This document shows positions 37,901 to 45,714 of a DNA stretch of 64,000 nucleotides, piece after piece. Under the pieces are notes generated by a model that was not told where the DNA came from, made no database searches, and saw only the letters and a program-made list of their open reading frames with translations. The position numbers and the translations under genes are program-made. Source of the DNA: Thermoanaerobaculia bacterium (lineage in GTDB: Bacteria > Acidobacteriota > Thermoanaerobaculia > UBA5066 > DATFVB01); contig DASTIQ010000044.1 of assembly GCA_035717485.1 (NCBI GenBank), positions 3,791 through 67,790 on the forward strand. Reading direction: 5' to 3'. Each line of letters starts with the position of its first letter. Position 1 is the stretch's first letter.

Positions 37901-40485
37901 CCGCGGGGGTGGATCGAGAGGCCTTCCGCGAGGTGGAAGACGATCGGGAACGCGATCGTCAGCACGGCGAGGGCCGACCAGACGAACGGCGATCCGGGGA
38001 GGACGAGCCACGCGGCGGCGAGCCACAGGAGGAGAGCCGGCGGGACGAGGCTCCTCCGGAGGTTGTCGAAGATCTTCCAGAGCGAGAGCGCCGAGAGATC
38101 GTTCCGCCGGGGTCCCCGTTCCCCCGGGACGCGCGGCCAGAGCCACCGGAGGAGCTGCCAGTCGCCGCGGATCCACCGGTGCTGTCGGCGCGTGTAGACG
38201 TCGTAGGAGGAGGGGTGATCCTCGAAGACCTCGATGTCCGTCGCGAGCGCGGAACGGGCGAAGCTCCCCTCGAAGAGGTCGTGCGAGAGGAGCGCGTTCT
38301 CCGGGATGCGGCCCGCGAGCGCCGCCTCGAAGGCGTCCACGTCGTAGATCGCCTTCCCGGTGAAGCTCCCCTCGTCGAAGAGGTCCTGGTACACGTTGGA
38401 GACCGCCGTCGTGTAGGGGTCGATCCCCGCGTGCCCGGAGGAGATCTGCGCGAAGGCGGAGCGGTTCGCGCTCTCCGGAGAAATGGAGACGCGCGGCTGG
38501 ACGATCGCATGGCCCTCGCGGACGACGCCGCTTCCGGAATCGAGTCGCGGACGGTTGAGCGGATGGGCGAGCGTCCCCGCGAGGGCGCGCGCCGAGTCGC
38601 GCGGCAGCCGCGTGTCGGCGTCGAGCGTGAGGACGAAACGGATCCGGCGGAGAGCGGCCGGATCGTCCGGGAGGATCTCGAAGGTCGTCGGCTCCTTCCC
38701 GCGGAGCGCGCGATTGAGCTCCGTGAGCTTCCCTCGCTTCCTCTCCCACCCCATCCATTTCCGCTCGGCCGGGTTCCATACGCGGCGGCGATGGAAGAGC
38801 CAGAAGCGGTCGCCTCCGTCGGCGGACCGCGTCCCGGCGGCTTCGTTGAGCAGCCGGATCCCTTCGACGAGGAGCGGGAGAAGGGCTTCCTCTCCGGATA
38901 CCGTTTCTTCCGGGGCGTCGGCGAAGTCGGTCAGGAGGGCGAAGCGGAGGCGGGGATCGGGATTCGCGTACGAACGGATCTGGAGGCCGGTCAGGAGGTC
39001 CCGGATGCCTTCTTCGTCGTCGAGGAGCGCGGGAATGGCGACGAGCGTCTCGAACTCGTCCGGGATCCCCTCGCGCCATTCGAGCTTCGGGAGGAGGCGC
39101 GGCGGAAAGAGGAGGGTCGCCGCGAAGTTCACGAGGGTCATCGCGAGCTCCGAGACCGGGACGAGCGCCAGGGTCGCGGTCGCCGCGACGAGACCCGGCG
39201 GGGCTCCCCAGCGGGCCGCATAGCGGACGACGAGAGCCTCGACGAGGGCCGCGATCGCGGCGATCGATCCGACGTAGAAGAGCGTCGGACGACCGAGGAC
39301 GACGCGGCGAATCGCGTCGGGGAGCGGCGGCCGCCACCCGACGGAGCGCTCGAGTCCCTCCCGCCCCCGGTCGATCAGGTACCAGCCGACGTGGCGCTCG
39401 GGTTCGCTGCGCGCGGCGGACGCCAGATCGATCGCCCGCCGGGCGATGCCCTTCTCGCGCTCGCCGTCCCGGCGTCCCAGCGTTTCGACGACGTGGCGGT
39501 AGCGGTCCCGGGTCGCGAAGTCCTGCTGAAGGTACGCGCCGGCGGGATCCTCGGAAAGGATCTTCTCGACGAGGCTGACCGACTCGAAGAAGTCGGACCA
39601 GTCCGTCTGCGCGAAGAGCCGCATGCTCGCGATGATGTTGGCGATCGTCGCCTGCGCGGTCGTCTGCCGGTGGTGCTCCGCGTGGACCGCGGCGTCGGTC
39701 GTCATCCCCTCCCGCGCGAGCCCCTCCTCGATCCAGCGCTGCGCCGCCGAGAGCGCGGGGTCGATGTCGCGGAGGCGCTGCATGACGCGGACCGCGAACG
39801 TCGGGTTCAGGACGATCTCCCGGCGCTCCGGGGTGCGGAGGACCGTCTCCGCGGTCTTCTCCCTTTCGCCGGGAGCGGCCCCGTCGATCGCCGCGAGGAT
39901 CCGGTCGCAGAGCGCGTCCGCCTTCGCGCGTTCCCGGCGGGCGACTTCCATCCGGCCCGCGAGCCGGCGAAGGTTCTCGATCAGGGCCATGCGGAACGCG
40001 ATCGGGACCGCCCACAGCTCGCCGATCGAGAGCGTCGTCACCCGCTGGTACGCCGTCAGGAACCGCCGCAGCGTCTCCATGTCCGGGTTGCTGTCGGTGT
40101 GGGCGATCACGTCGATCGCGATCGCGTACACCCGCGGATACCCCCGCCATTCCCCTTCCGCGAGCTGGGGGAGCTGCTTCTCGTAGGTCGCGGGAAAGTC
40201 CTGCCGGACCTCGCGGATCTGGTCGAGCACGAGGTGGAAGTTGTCGAGGAACCACTCGGCGGCGGGGGAGATCGGCTCGCCGCGGCGCGCGCCGGTGACG
40301 ATCGACTCGTGGATCGCCCGGAGCTCGCGATCACTCTCCTCGAGGCGCCGGCGGAGGAGATGCCGCCGCGACAGACGCGATACGGTCTCGTGGCTGGCGG
40401 CCAGGCGTTCGGCTTCGTGCTCGAGGCGTTCGGGTCCGTAGATGTCCGCCCGGATCGGCTCCTGCCGCCCGAGGCTCTTCCACAT
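31921..40485 (-). CDS. cgs: cyclic beta-1,2-glucan synthase (giant GT84 glycosyltransferase plus GH94 phosphorylase-like protein, about 2855 aa)
   Basis: Size and architecture (N-terminal TM and glycosyltransferase region, C-terminal cellobiose-phosphorylase-like region) fit Cgs/NdvB/ChvB. Proposed start is ATG at 40485 (MWKSLGRQEPIRADIYGPERLEHEAERLA...). The track 3009-aa version extends through the intergenic region. The 2895-aa plus-strand ORF 31864..40551 is its antisense artefact. Confidence 0.75.
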   Translation of the reverse strand: MWKSLGRQEPIRADIYGPERLEHEAERLAASHETVSRLSRRHLLRRRLEESDRELRAIHESIVTGARRGEPISPAAEWFLDNFHLVLDQIREVRQDFPATYEKQLPQLAEGEWRGYPRVYAIAIDVIAHTDSNPDMETLRRFLTAYQRVTTLSIGELWAVPIAFRMALIENLRRLAGRMEVARRERAKADALCDRILAAIDGAAPGEREKTAETVLRTPERREIVLNPTFAVRVMQRLRDIDPALSAAQRWIEEGLAREGMTTDAAVHAEHHRQTTAQATIANIIASMRLFAQTDWSDFFESVSLVEKILSEDPAGAYLQQDFATRDRYRHVVETLGRRDGEREKGIARRAIDLASAARSEPERHVGWYLIDRGREGLERSVGWRPPLPDAIRRVVLGRPTLFYVGSIAAIAALVEALVVRYAARWGAPPGLVAATATLALVPVSELAMTLVNFAATLLFPPRLLPKLEWREGIPDEFETLVAIPALLDDEEGIRDLLTGLQIRSYANPDPRLRFALLTDFADAPEETVSGEEALLPLLVEGIRLLNEAAGTRSADGGDRFWLFHRRRVWNPAERKWMGWERKRGKLTELNRALRGKEPTTFEILPDDPAALRRIRFVLTLDADTRLPRDSARALAGTLAHPLNRPRLDSGSGVVREGHAIVQPRVSISPESANRSAFAQISSGHAGIDPYTTAVSNVYQDLFDEGSFTGKAIYDVDAFEAALAGRIPENALLSHDLFEGSFARSALATDIEVFEDHPSSYDVYTRRQHRWIRGDWQLLRWLWPRVPGERGPRRNDLSALSLWKIFDNLRRSLVPPALLLWLAAAWLVLPGSPFVWSALAVLTIAFPIVFHLAEGLSIHPRGIPWTSHFWSVWGDAMDNCAQFALRVAFLPHLAIVSLDAALRATWRQFVSHRGLLDWTTAAAAEKNRADSVPAYFRRMGAGWTLTIVLAAATAAFAPGSLVAASPFLLLWVVAPALAAQLSRPIPEARPEISDAERREFREIARQTWRYFDRFCGAAENGLPPDNYQEDRDPPVAHRTSPTNVGLSLLAVLAAHDFGYVGTDDAIGRLERTLGSLERLPRHRGHFYNWYDTLTLTPLHPLYVSSVDSGNLAACLVALEEGAKALAASGGESDAWRDGLADVARIVAREFEKVPPSGVRTEAVPVHQLREQIRMLSETALAERDEEKCLREMARLAAEIADGLSALAAEHRELEIADLRGWLADLLAQVDSLGRGLPGDPPAAAVPASAAGAVAPAADPPPSRAERLLAIAQRAESLVREMDFGFLFDPDRKVFSIGFNPALGRLDRSYYDLLVSEARLTSFLAIAKGDAPTEHWFRLQRPFTVAAGKPLLLSWSGSMFEYLMPLLLLRSYPGTLLASTCRNAVAAQMQYGRARGVPWGVSESAYNARDLHLNYQYGPFGVPELGLRRTSPDELVVSPYSTFLALLADPSGAAENLRRLAAEGARGPFGFWESVDYTERRLPPDAGRAVIKASMAHHQGMILLALDNYLNRDVMRERFHADPSVQATELLLQERIPRNTAALAGAIVAQVAAGRVVREEATIPFRRFETPDTPTPRTQILSNGSYSVLMTAAGAGESRRGNLAVTRWRDDATTDSWGSWIYLRDVRSGVNWSAGYQPTVRPPKRFEARFSEHKVEISRSDEGIDTTMEVIVSSQDDAEIRRVTLANTSPRARDARDIEVTSYAEIVLGARAADVSHPAFSKLFVETEWIGNALLARRRPRSAEEAPVWAVHVLAVRGATLGAVQYETDRARFLGRGRSPRAPAVLVEDRPLSNTTGAVLDPIFSLRQRVRIAPGETARLLFSTGVADSREAAVALAERFQDPRLFDREASLAWMRSQVLLRHLDVTADEAQLFQRLATRIVYDDPSLRPPPEVLSRNAGSQRNLWGHGISGDLPIVLLRIGSADETELARQLIRAHEYWRLKGLSVDLVIVNDDPSGYFQPVQEQIQRLIGASPSQALVDKPGGVFVRRGDQISEEDATLLQTAARAVLVGERGTLAEQIERPPALESWPAPLTASTAAAARPAGPPPEPRRLLFGNGIGGFTPDGREYVVSLAERQYTPAPWVNVVANDEFGFFVSESGSACTWSENSQENRLTPWSNDPVSDPSGEAIYLRDDETADLWSPTALPIRGPEPCVCRHGQGYTVFEHRRGAIAAEVTTFVPEEGAVKITRLRLTNHGTAARRLSAAHYAEWVLGVDRSTARFVITQSDPAGGAIFARNPYNAEFGSRVAFSAVHAPGARLAATADRREFLGRNGHVSDPAALRRTTLLGRAGAGLDPCAAHLASFPLLPGETREIVFLLGQAGDRERASALIERFRDPASVEGALEQARRSWDRLLGGIVVRTPDPALDLLVNRWLPYQAISCRIRGRTAFYQSSGAFGFRDQIQDALGVASLAPEIARRLIPRFASHQFLEGDVQHWWHPPSGRGVRTRCSDDYLWLPYAVASYVDATGDEGLLDESVPYIEGPVLAEGEVESYQEPKESDLRESVYAHCVRALDRSAAVGSHGLPLIGSGDWNDGFNRVGFEGKGESVWLGWFLHATLSRFAAVAERRGDGERTTRYRGQAGALKSAIEEHAWDGDWYVRAFYDDGTPLGSARDAECRIDSLAQTWAALSGAGDRVRVERAMVAVEQYLVRREDGLILLFTPPFNTTPRDPGYIKGYLPGIRENGGQYTHAAAWTIMAFAELGQGDLAGELLALVNPIAPTSTRAGLHRYKVEPYVTAGDVYSVEPLTGRGGWTWYTGSAGWLYRAATESILGLRLEGSRFRVDPCIPRRWPRFEIQLRDGNETLYAITVENPRGACRGVREVVVDGAPSADRSIPRHGDGKRHDVRVVLGD

Positions 40486-40547
40486 CGCCGTGCTCCTGCC
40501 CAACCCACCTCCGGGGCGCGCGAGCAGCCTCGCGGGGCGCGCCTCGC

Positions 40548-40577
40548 TTGACAATACCGCAATCTTTTCTATGCTTC
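40548..40577 (+). promoter_or_regulatory. sigma70-like promoter candidate (TTGACA-N16-TATGCT) in a local low-GC patch upstream of cysK
   Basis: cTTGACAataccgcaatcttttcTATGCTtcc; AT-rich island in a 70% GC background, about 120 nt upstream of cysK. Confidence 0.35.
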
Positions 40578-40696
40578 CGGCGTGCCTGCCCGCCGCGCCT
40601 GTCCCCGCTGTCGCTCCACCCCGTAGCGCCCGGGCGGCTGACCACGTGTCGACGAGCCCGGATTGACCGGGCTCTTTTATTTGGGGAGAGGTGCCC

Positions 40697-41635
40697 GTGA
40701 GAATCGCCAGCGACGTCACCCGGTTGATCGGAAATACCCCGCTCGTGCGTCTGAACCGCGTCACGGAGGGCGCGGTCGCGACCGTGGCGGCCAAACTCGA
40801 GTTCTTCAATCCCGCGCACTCGGTCAAGGACCGCATCGGGGTCGCGATGATCGCCGCCCTCGAGCGCGCGGGGAAGCTCGATCCCCGGAACGCGTCGAAG
40901 TCGACGATCGTCGAGCCGACGAGCGGCAACACCGGTATCGCGCTCGCCATGGTCGCGGCGCAGCGCGGCTACTCCTGCGTGCTCGTGATGCCGGACACGA
41001 TGTCGAAGGAGCGCGTCAAGGTCCTGAAGTTCCTCGGCGCCGAGGTCGTCCTGACGCCCGGGGCCGAGGGCATCAAGGCGGCGCTCGCGAAGGCCGAGGA
41101 GATCGCGAAGGACCGGGGCGGTGTCATTCCCCAGCAGTTCGAGAATCCGGCGAACCCCGAGATCCACGAGCGGACGACCGCGATGGAGATCTGGAACGAC
41201 ACGGACGGCGACATGGACATCTTCGTGGCGGGAGTCGGCACCGGCGGGACGTTCACGGGCGTCGGCCGCGTCTGGAAGGCCTGGAAGCCGCAGGTGAAGC
41301 TGATCGCCGTCGAGCCGGCCGAGTCGCCCGTCATCGCGGGCGGCACGCACTCGAAGCACAAGATCCAGGGGATCGGAACGGGGATGATTCCGAAGAACCT
41401 CGACATGCGCTTCGTGGACGGCACGTTCTCGGTGTCGTCGGACCAGGCGCTCGTGATGGCGCGGCGCCTCGCCCGCGAGGAGGGGATCCTCGGCGGCATC
41501 TCGTCGGGCGCGGCGGCGCACGCGGCGGTCGAGATCGCGAAGCAGCCCGACAACCGGGGAAAGCTGATCGTCTGCATCTTCCCGTCGACCTCGGAGCGGT
41601 ACGTCTCGACGGATCTCTTCCAGGGAATCGACTGA
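40697..41635 (+). CDS. cysK: cysteine synthase A (O-acetylserine sulfhydrylase)
   Basis: [13 protein letters not shown] lysine context [17 protein letters not shown] and GIGTGGT motifs. GTG 40697 is preferred over 40691 on RBS spacing. Confidence 0.9.
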   Translation: MRIASDVTRLIGNTPLVRLNRVTEGAVATVAAKLEFFNPAHSVKDRIGVAMIAALERAGKLDPRNASKSTIVEPTSGNTGIALAMVAAQRGYSCVLVMPDTMSKERVKVLKFLGAEVVLTPGAEGIKAALAKAEEIAKDRGGVIPQQFENPANPEIHERTTAMEIWNDTDGDMDIFVAGVGTGGTFTGVGRVWKAWKPQVKLIAVEPAESPVIAGGTHSKHKIQGIGTGMIPKNLDMRFVDGTFSVSSDQALVMARRLAREEGILGGISSGAAAHAAVEIAKQPDNRGKLIVCIFPSTSERYVSTDLFQGID

Positions 41636-41789
41636 TCGAAGCGGCGTGAGCGGGAGCGGCCGGGGATTCCCGGCCGCCCCCGATTCCCGCTCGCGGGTTC
41701 AGGTTCCGCGATTCGGCCGCTCCTTTCCGGGCACATCCGTTGCACGGCTTCCCTCCGCCCGGAAAAATCGCGGGCGGGAAGGAAGCACG

Positions 41790-42311
41790 ATGCGACGACT
41801 GGCGATTCCGGCGGCTGTGTTTTTCCTCTTCGGGGGGCTCGCGTCCGCCCAGCCGCGTCACGGGCGGTCCGGGTCGGGGGACGAGCACGACATCCGGCAG
41901 ATGGTGGACTCGATGAATTCGTTCTGGGAACGCGGCGACGCCCGGAACTACGCGAGCGGGCTCTCCGCCGACACCGACTGGGAGAACGCCGCGGGTTGGC
42001 GCATTCGCGGCCGCGACGGAGTCGAGCGGTTCCTCGGGCAGTATCTCTGGAAGGAGGGAGCGCGGCCGACCTTCCGTCCCGTCGGGGAACGCGTGAGAAT
42101 GCTCGGAGGAGATCTCGCCGTCGCCGAACAGGCGGCGGACGCCTCGTCGTCCGTCGAGCCCGGCGGCCCGCCGCGTCGGATCCAGGAGATCCTCTTCTTC
42201 CGGAAGCACGCGGGTCGCTGGGAAGTCATCTCGACGTTCATCTGGGAGCTTCGCCAGGGACCCCCGCCGCCCCGGATGCCCGATCTCAGCCCGGAGCCGT
42301 TCCGGCAATAG
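41790..42311 (+). CDS. secreted NTF2/SnoaL-like fold protein (hypothetical)
   Basis: ATG 41790, signal peptide MRRLAIPAAVFFLFGGLASAQ, about 170 aa. Confidence 0.45.
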   Translation: MRRLAIPAAVFFLFGGLASAQPRHGRSGSGDEHDIRQMVDSMNSFWERGDARNYASGLSADTDWENAAGWRIRGRDGVERFLGQYLWKEGARPTFRPVGERVRMLGGDLAVAEQAADASSSVEPGGPPRRIQEILFFRKHAGRWEVISTFIWELRQGPPPPRMPDLSPEPFRQ

Positions 42312-42460
42312 GGGAAAGGCCCCGCGCCGCGGCCGCGGGAGGGCGCCCGGTCGAAGAGGCGGCAGCCGGTTCCAGAGCCGGTGCTCGAGGACGGCTTTCT
42401 CGGCCCCCGGTCGATCCCGGAACTCGCAGACTCCGAGACCCGAATTTATCGCCGGTCCGG

Positions 42461-42474
42461 ATGATCCGGGTCAT
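42461..42474. promoter_or_regulatory. FNR/Dnr-type box candidate aTGATccggGTCAt upstream of the nnrS fusion gene
   Basis: Matches TTGAT-N4-GTCAA at 8/10 positions, centred about 52 nt upstream of ATG 42520. An adjacent palindrome CCGGATgATCCGG lies at 42454-42466. Confidence 0.3.
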
Positions 42475-42519
42475 ATGCCGGCCGGAGGTCGCCGGGTAAC
42501 TTCCCTCTCGGAGGCACTC

Positions 42520-44343
42520 ATGGCCACGATCGATCCGGATCTCCCCGTCAAGGACCTCCTCGAGCGATTGCCGGAAATCCGGCCGGTGCTCGCGGCCTTC
42601 GACATCGATACCTGCTGCGGGGGACAGCATCCGCTGAAAGAGGCGTGCATCGCCCGGGGCGTCCCGCTCGAGGAGGTCCTCCGAGAGATCGGCCACATCC
42701 TTCCGGAGCCCGCCGGCGGCAGAACGCTCCGGGCCGTCCCCGCGCCGGGGGGCGATCTCGTCATCCCCGCGATGTCGATCCGGGAGATCGTCCGGCGGTT
42801 CCCGTCGACCGCGGCCGTGCTCGAGAAGCACGGGCTCGGCGACTGCGGGGGAGAGGACGGGCCCGACGAGCCGCTCGGGTGGTTCGCCACGGTCCACCGC
42901 ATCGCCCTCGGCCCGCTGATGGCCGACGTCAACGCCGCCGCGGCGCGCGACGGCCGCAAAGCTCCGGCGGCTTCCACGCCGAAGGCTCCGCCCCGTCCGT
43001 TCTCACCCGAGTTCATCGTCGGTTCGCTCGTCCTGACGCTGACTCTGGGCGCCACCACCGGGATGATCAACCTCCTCCGGATCGCGGCGGGGGGAGACGT
43101 GCCGTTCTCCCATCGCCAGATGCACGCGCACACGCAGATCCTCGGATTCGCGGCACTTTTCCTCATGGGGATCGCGTTTCACGCGCTCCCGCGCATCTCG
43201 GGAGTCGGCGGCGGTCCGCCCCGCTCCTCGAAGGCGACGTTCTGGCTGATGGCGGGCGGCGTGATCCTTCGGAACTTCGGGCAGCCGTTCAACCTCGCGC
43301 CGATCGGGCGAATCGCATCGCTGCTGTCGGGCGTGGCGGAGCTGGCGGCGGGCTGCCTCTTCGCGATCTTCGTCGCGGACCTGATTCGTCGCGCTCCGGC
43401 CGGCAAATACGGGAAGAAGGATCCTTTCCTCGTCCTGCTCGGATTCGGGACGACGTTCTTCCTGGCGGCCCTCGTCGTGAATGCCGCCCAGAGCGTCTGG
43501 CTCGCCGGACACCTCGAGACCGCGCTGCCGGCGGCGCTGGTCGACCCGTTCTACTTCGTCGCGCTGTACGGATTCCTGCTGGGGTGGGTGTTCGCCTTCG
43601 CGCACCGCGTCGTCGCTCTCTTCCTGGGCCTCGAGGCGCCGGGACCGAACCCGGCCCGCGCCGCGCTCGTTCTCCAGACGCTCGGCGTCGCGACGTTCCT
43701 CGCCGCCGGGATCCCCGGCCTTTCGAATCCGGCCGCCGCGCTCCTGCGGGACGCGGGAATGGCGGGCGTGGCCCTCGCCGCCATCGTCTTCGTCGCCGGA
43801 GCGAAACTCCTCGGCCGCCCGAAGCTTCCCGCGCTCGCTCCTCCCGGCAATCCGCTGTTCGCCATCCGGGCGGCGTTCGTCTGCCTGATGCTCTGGGCGG
43901 TCCTGGAGCTCGGCGCGATCGTCGTCGCCCGGACCACCGTGTTCCCGGCCCAGAACCTCTGGTGGGCGGATGCGGCGCGCCACGTCTTCACGATCGGGTT
44001 TCTGACGCTGATCATCGTGGGGATGAGCCTCCGGATCCTCCCGGTGTTCTCCGGAAAGACGCTCTGGTCGCCGAAGATGGCGTACGCCACGTACGCGCTG
44101 ATCCTGGCGGGGGTGGCGCTGCGGCTCCTCCAGTACCCGGCCGCGTTCCACGCGAAGCTCTACGAAGTCGGGTCCTGGATGGGCGTCTTCGTCGTGGGCG
44201 GTCTCGTCCTGTTCGCGGTCAACCTCGTCCGGACGATGCGCGCCCGGCCTCCGGCGCGCTCGACGCTTCCGGTCGCGCCCCCGGCGACCCCGGCCGCCTC
44301 CCCGGCGCCGTCGCGGTTCGTTTCCCGGCTGCCGGTCCGATGA
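42520..44343 (+). CDS. DUF1858-like redox domain fused to an NnrS family haem-copper membrane protein
   Basis: N-terminal about 70 aa LPVKDLLERLPEIRPVLAAFDIDTCCGG (DUF1858/ScdA-N-like), then a polytopic His-containing membrane domain typical of NnrS. Confidence 0.65.
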   Translation: MATIDPDLPVKDLLERLPEIRPVLAAFDIDTCCGGQHPLKEACIARGVPLEEVLREIGHILPEPAGGRTLRAVPAPGGDLVIPAMSIREIVRRFPSTAAVLEKHGLGDCGGEDGPDEPLGWFATVHRIALGPLMADVNAAAARDGRKAPAASTPKAPPRPFSPEFIVGSLVLTLTLGATTGMINLLRIAAGGDVPFSHRQMHAHTQILGFAALFLMGIAFHALPRISGVGGGPPRSSKATFWLMAGGVILRNFGQPFNLAPIGRIASLLSGVAELAAGCLFAIFVADLIRRAPAGKYGKKDPFLVLLGFGTTFFLAALVVNAAQSVWLAGHLETALPAALVDPFYFVALYGFLLGWVFAFAHRVVALFLGLEAPGPNPARAALVLQTLGVATFLAAGIPGLSNPAAALLRDAGMAGVALAAIVFVAGAKLLGRPKLPALAPPGNPLFAIRAAFVCLMLWAVLELGAIVVARTTVFPAQNLWWADAARHVFTIGFLTLIIVGMSLRILPVFSGKTLWSPKMAYATYALILAGVALRLLQYPAAFHAKLYEVGSWMGVFVVGGLVLFAVNLVRTMRARPPARSTLPVAPPATPAASPAPSRFVSRLPVR

Positions 44344-44570
44344 GCGGCGAGCCGCGCGTGATCGACGTGCGTCCGATCCTCCAGTCGGGCGGCGAACCGC
44401 TCGATGCGATTCTCGCGGCGGCCGAAACCGTCGCGCCGGGGGAAGCCCTCGTCGTGATCGCGCCGTTCGAGCCGATGCCGCTCTACGGTCTGATGCGACA
44501 GATGGGCTTTTCCCGCGACGTCGAGGAGCTGGACGGCGGCGGATTCCGGGTGACGTTCACGCGCGGCTGA
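44340..44570 (+). CDS. DUF2249 domain protein
   Basis: 76 aa, MSGEPRVIDVRPILQSGGEPLDAIL...; ATG overlaps the nnrS stop (ATGA). DUF2249 is commonly linked to NnrS/hemerythrin NO-response genes. Confidence 0.6.
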   Translation: MSGEPRVIDVRPILQSGGEPLDAILAAAETVAPGEALVVIAPFEPMPLYGLMRQMGFSRDVEELDGGGFRVTFTRG

Positions 44571-44781
44571 GCCGTTGGAACGCCGCCGGCCGATTCGGTA
44601 GAGTGGCGACGTCCGGTTCCGGGGGACGGCGGGATCGGGAGGAGGGACGACGGCAGGCGAAGCGACCACCCAGGGCTCGGACGTCCGGCACGCGGCGGCC
44701 TGGGGTCTTCTCGCGGCGATCCTGGTCCTCGCCGGGATCTATGTCGGAAGCCGACGTCTCAAGGACTTCGATCCGGCGCTC

Positions 44782-45714
44782 GTGTCCTACGCGGGAGCGA
44801 CCGTCTTTTGCGCGTTCGGGCTCGGCTACCGTTACTCGATGTGGCTCCGCCGCCCGCCGACCCGCCTCTTCTGGTTCCGCGGCTGGCGGCTCTTCCTCGA
44901 TCCCCGGCGGCTGCCGAGGAACGCCGCCCGTCTCGTCTCGCTCTTCTGGAACAACATCCTCGCCCAGACCTTCATCCGCCGGCGATCGCGCGTCCGATGG
45001 GCGGCGCACTGGCTGATCTTCTGGGGGTGCATTCTCGCGGCGGCGGTCACGTTCCCTCTCTCCTTCGGGTGGATCCGCTTCGAGACCCCGCGCGATTCCC
45101 AGAGCGTGTACCAGGCATACGTCTTCGGCATCCACGTCTTTTCGTTCCCGCTCGCGAGCATCGTCGCGCCGCTCGTTTTCAACGTGCTCGACATCTCGGC
45201 CTTCCTCGTTCTCGGGGGCATCTTCTTCGCTCTCTGGCGCCGCGGCCGGGATCGGGGCGCCTTCGCGGTGCAGCAGTTCGCCAACGACCTCCTCCCGCTT
45301 CTCCTGCTCTTCGCGGTTTCGGCGACCGGCCTCTTCCTCACCGCCTCGACGCACTTCATGAACGGCTTCCATTACGTCTTCCTGTCGCAGATCCACGCCG
45401 TGACGGTGATCTTCACGCTCCTCTATCTCCCGTTCGGCAAGTTCTTCCACATCTTCCAGCGTCCGGCGCAGCTCGGCGTGGCGTATTACAAGAAGATCGG
45501 GGCGGAGGAGGCGGCGGCGCGGTGCGCCGTGTGCGGCGAGGCGTTCGCGTCCGTGATGCACCGCGAGGACCTCAAGACGGTCGAGAGCGCGCTGGGGATC
45601 CGGTATGCGCTCGAGTCGGGCGGCCATTACCAGGACGTCTGCCCGTCCTGCCGGCGGAAAACGCTCGCCGTCGTTCAGGACGGGCTGTGGCGCGCCGGGA
45701 CGCGGGAGGTCTGA
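44782..45714 (+). CDS. NarI-like cytochrome b membrane subunit (respiratory nitrate reductase gamma family) with a Cys-rich C-terminal tail
   Basis: [17 protein letters not shown] aligns with the NarI TM1 region. The [10 protein letters not shown] motif and conserved His in TM2/TM5-equivalent helices are present. C-terminal CAVCGE...CPSCRRK. Start uncertain (see findings). Confidence 0.6.
   Translation: MSYAGATVFCAFGLGYRYSMWLRRPPTRLFWFRGWRLFLDPRRLPRNAARLVSLFWNNILAQTFIRRRSRVRWAAHWLIFWGCILAAAVTFPLSFGWIRFETPRDSQSVYQAYVFGIHVFSFPLASIVAPLVFNVLDISAFLVLGGIFFALWRRGRDRGAFAVQQFANDLLPLLLLFAVSATGLFLTASTHFMNGFHYVFLSQIHAVTVIFTLLYLPFGKFFHIFQRPAQLGVAYYKKIGAEEAAARCAVCGEAFASVMHREDLKTVESALGIRYALESGGHYQDVCPSCRRKTLAVVQDGLWRAGTREV

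Noticed and set aside
31864-40551. 2895-aa plus-strand ORF
   Set aside because: Exact antisense shadow of the cyclic glucan synthase gene. Arg/Asp/Glu-rich with no motifs.
31921-40950. 3009-aa version of the glucan synthase ORF
   Set aside because: The upstream 155 codons cross the intergenic region and the cysK promoter. ATG 40485 gives the expected size.
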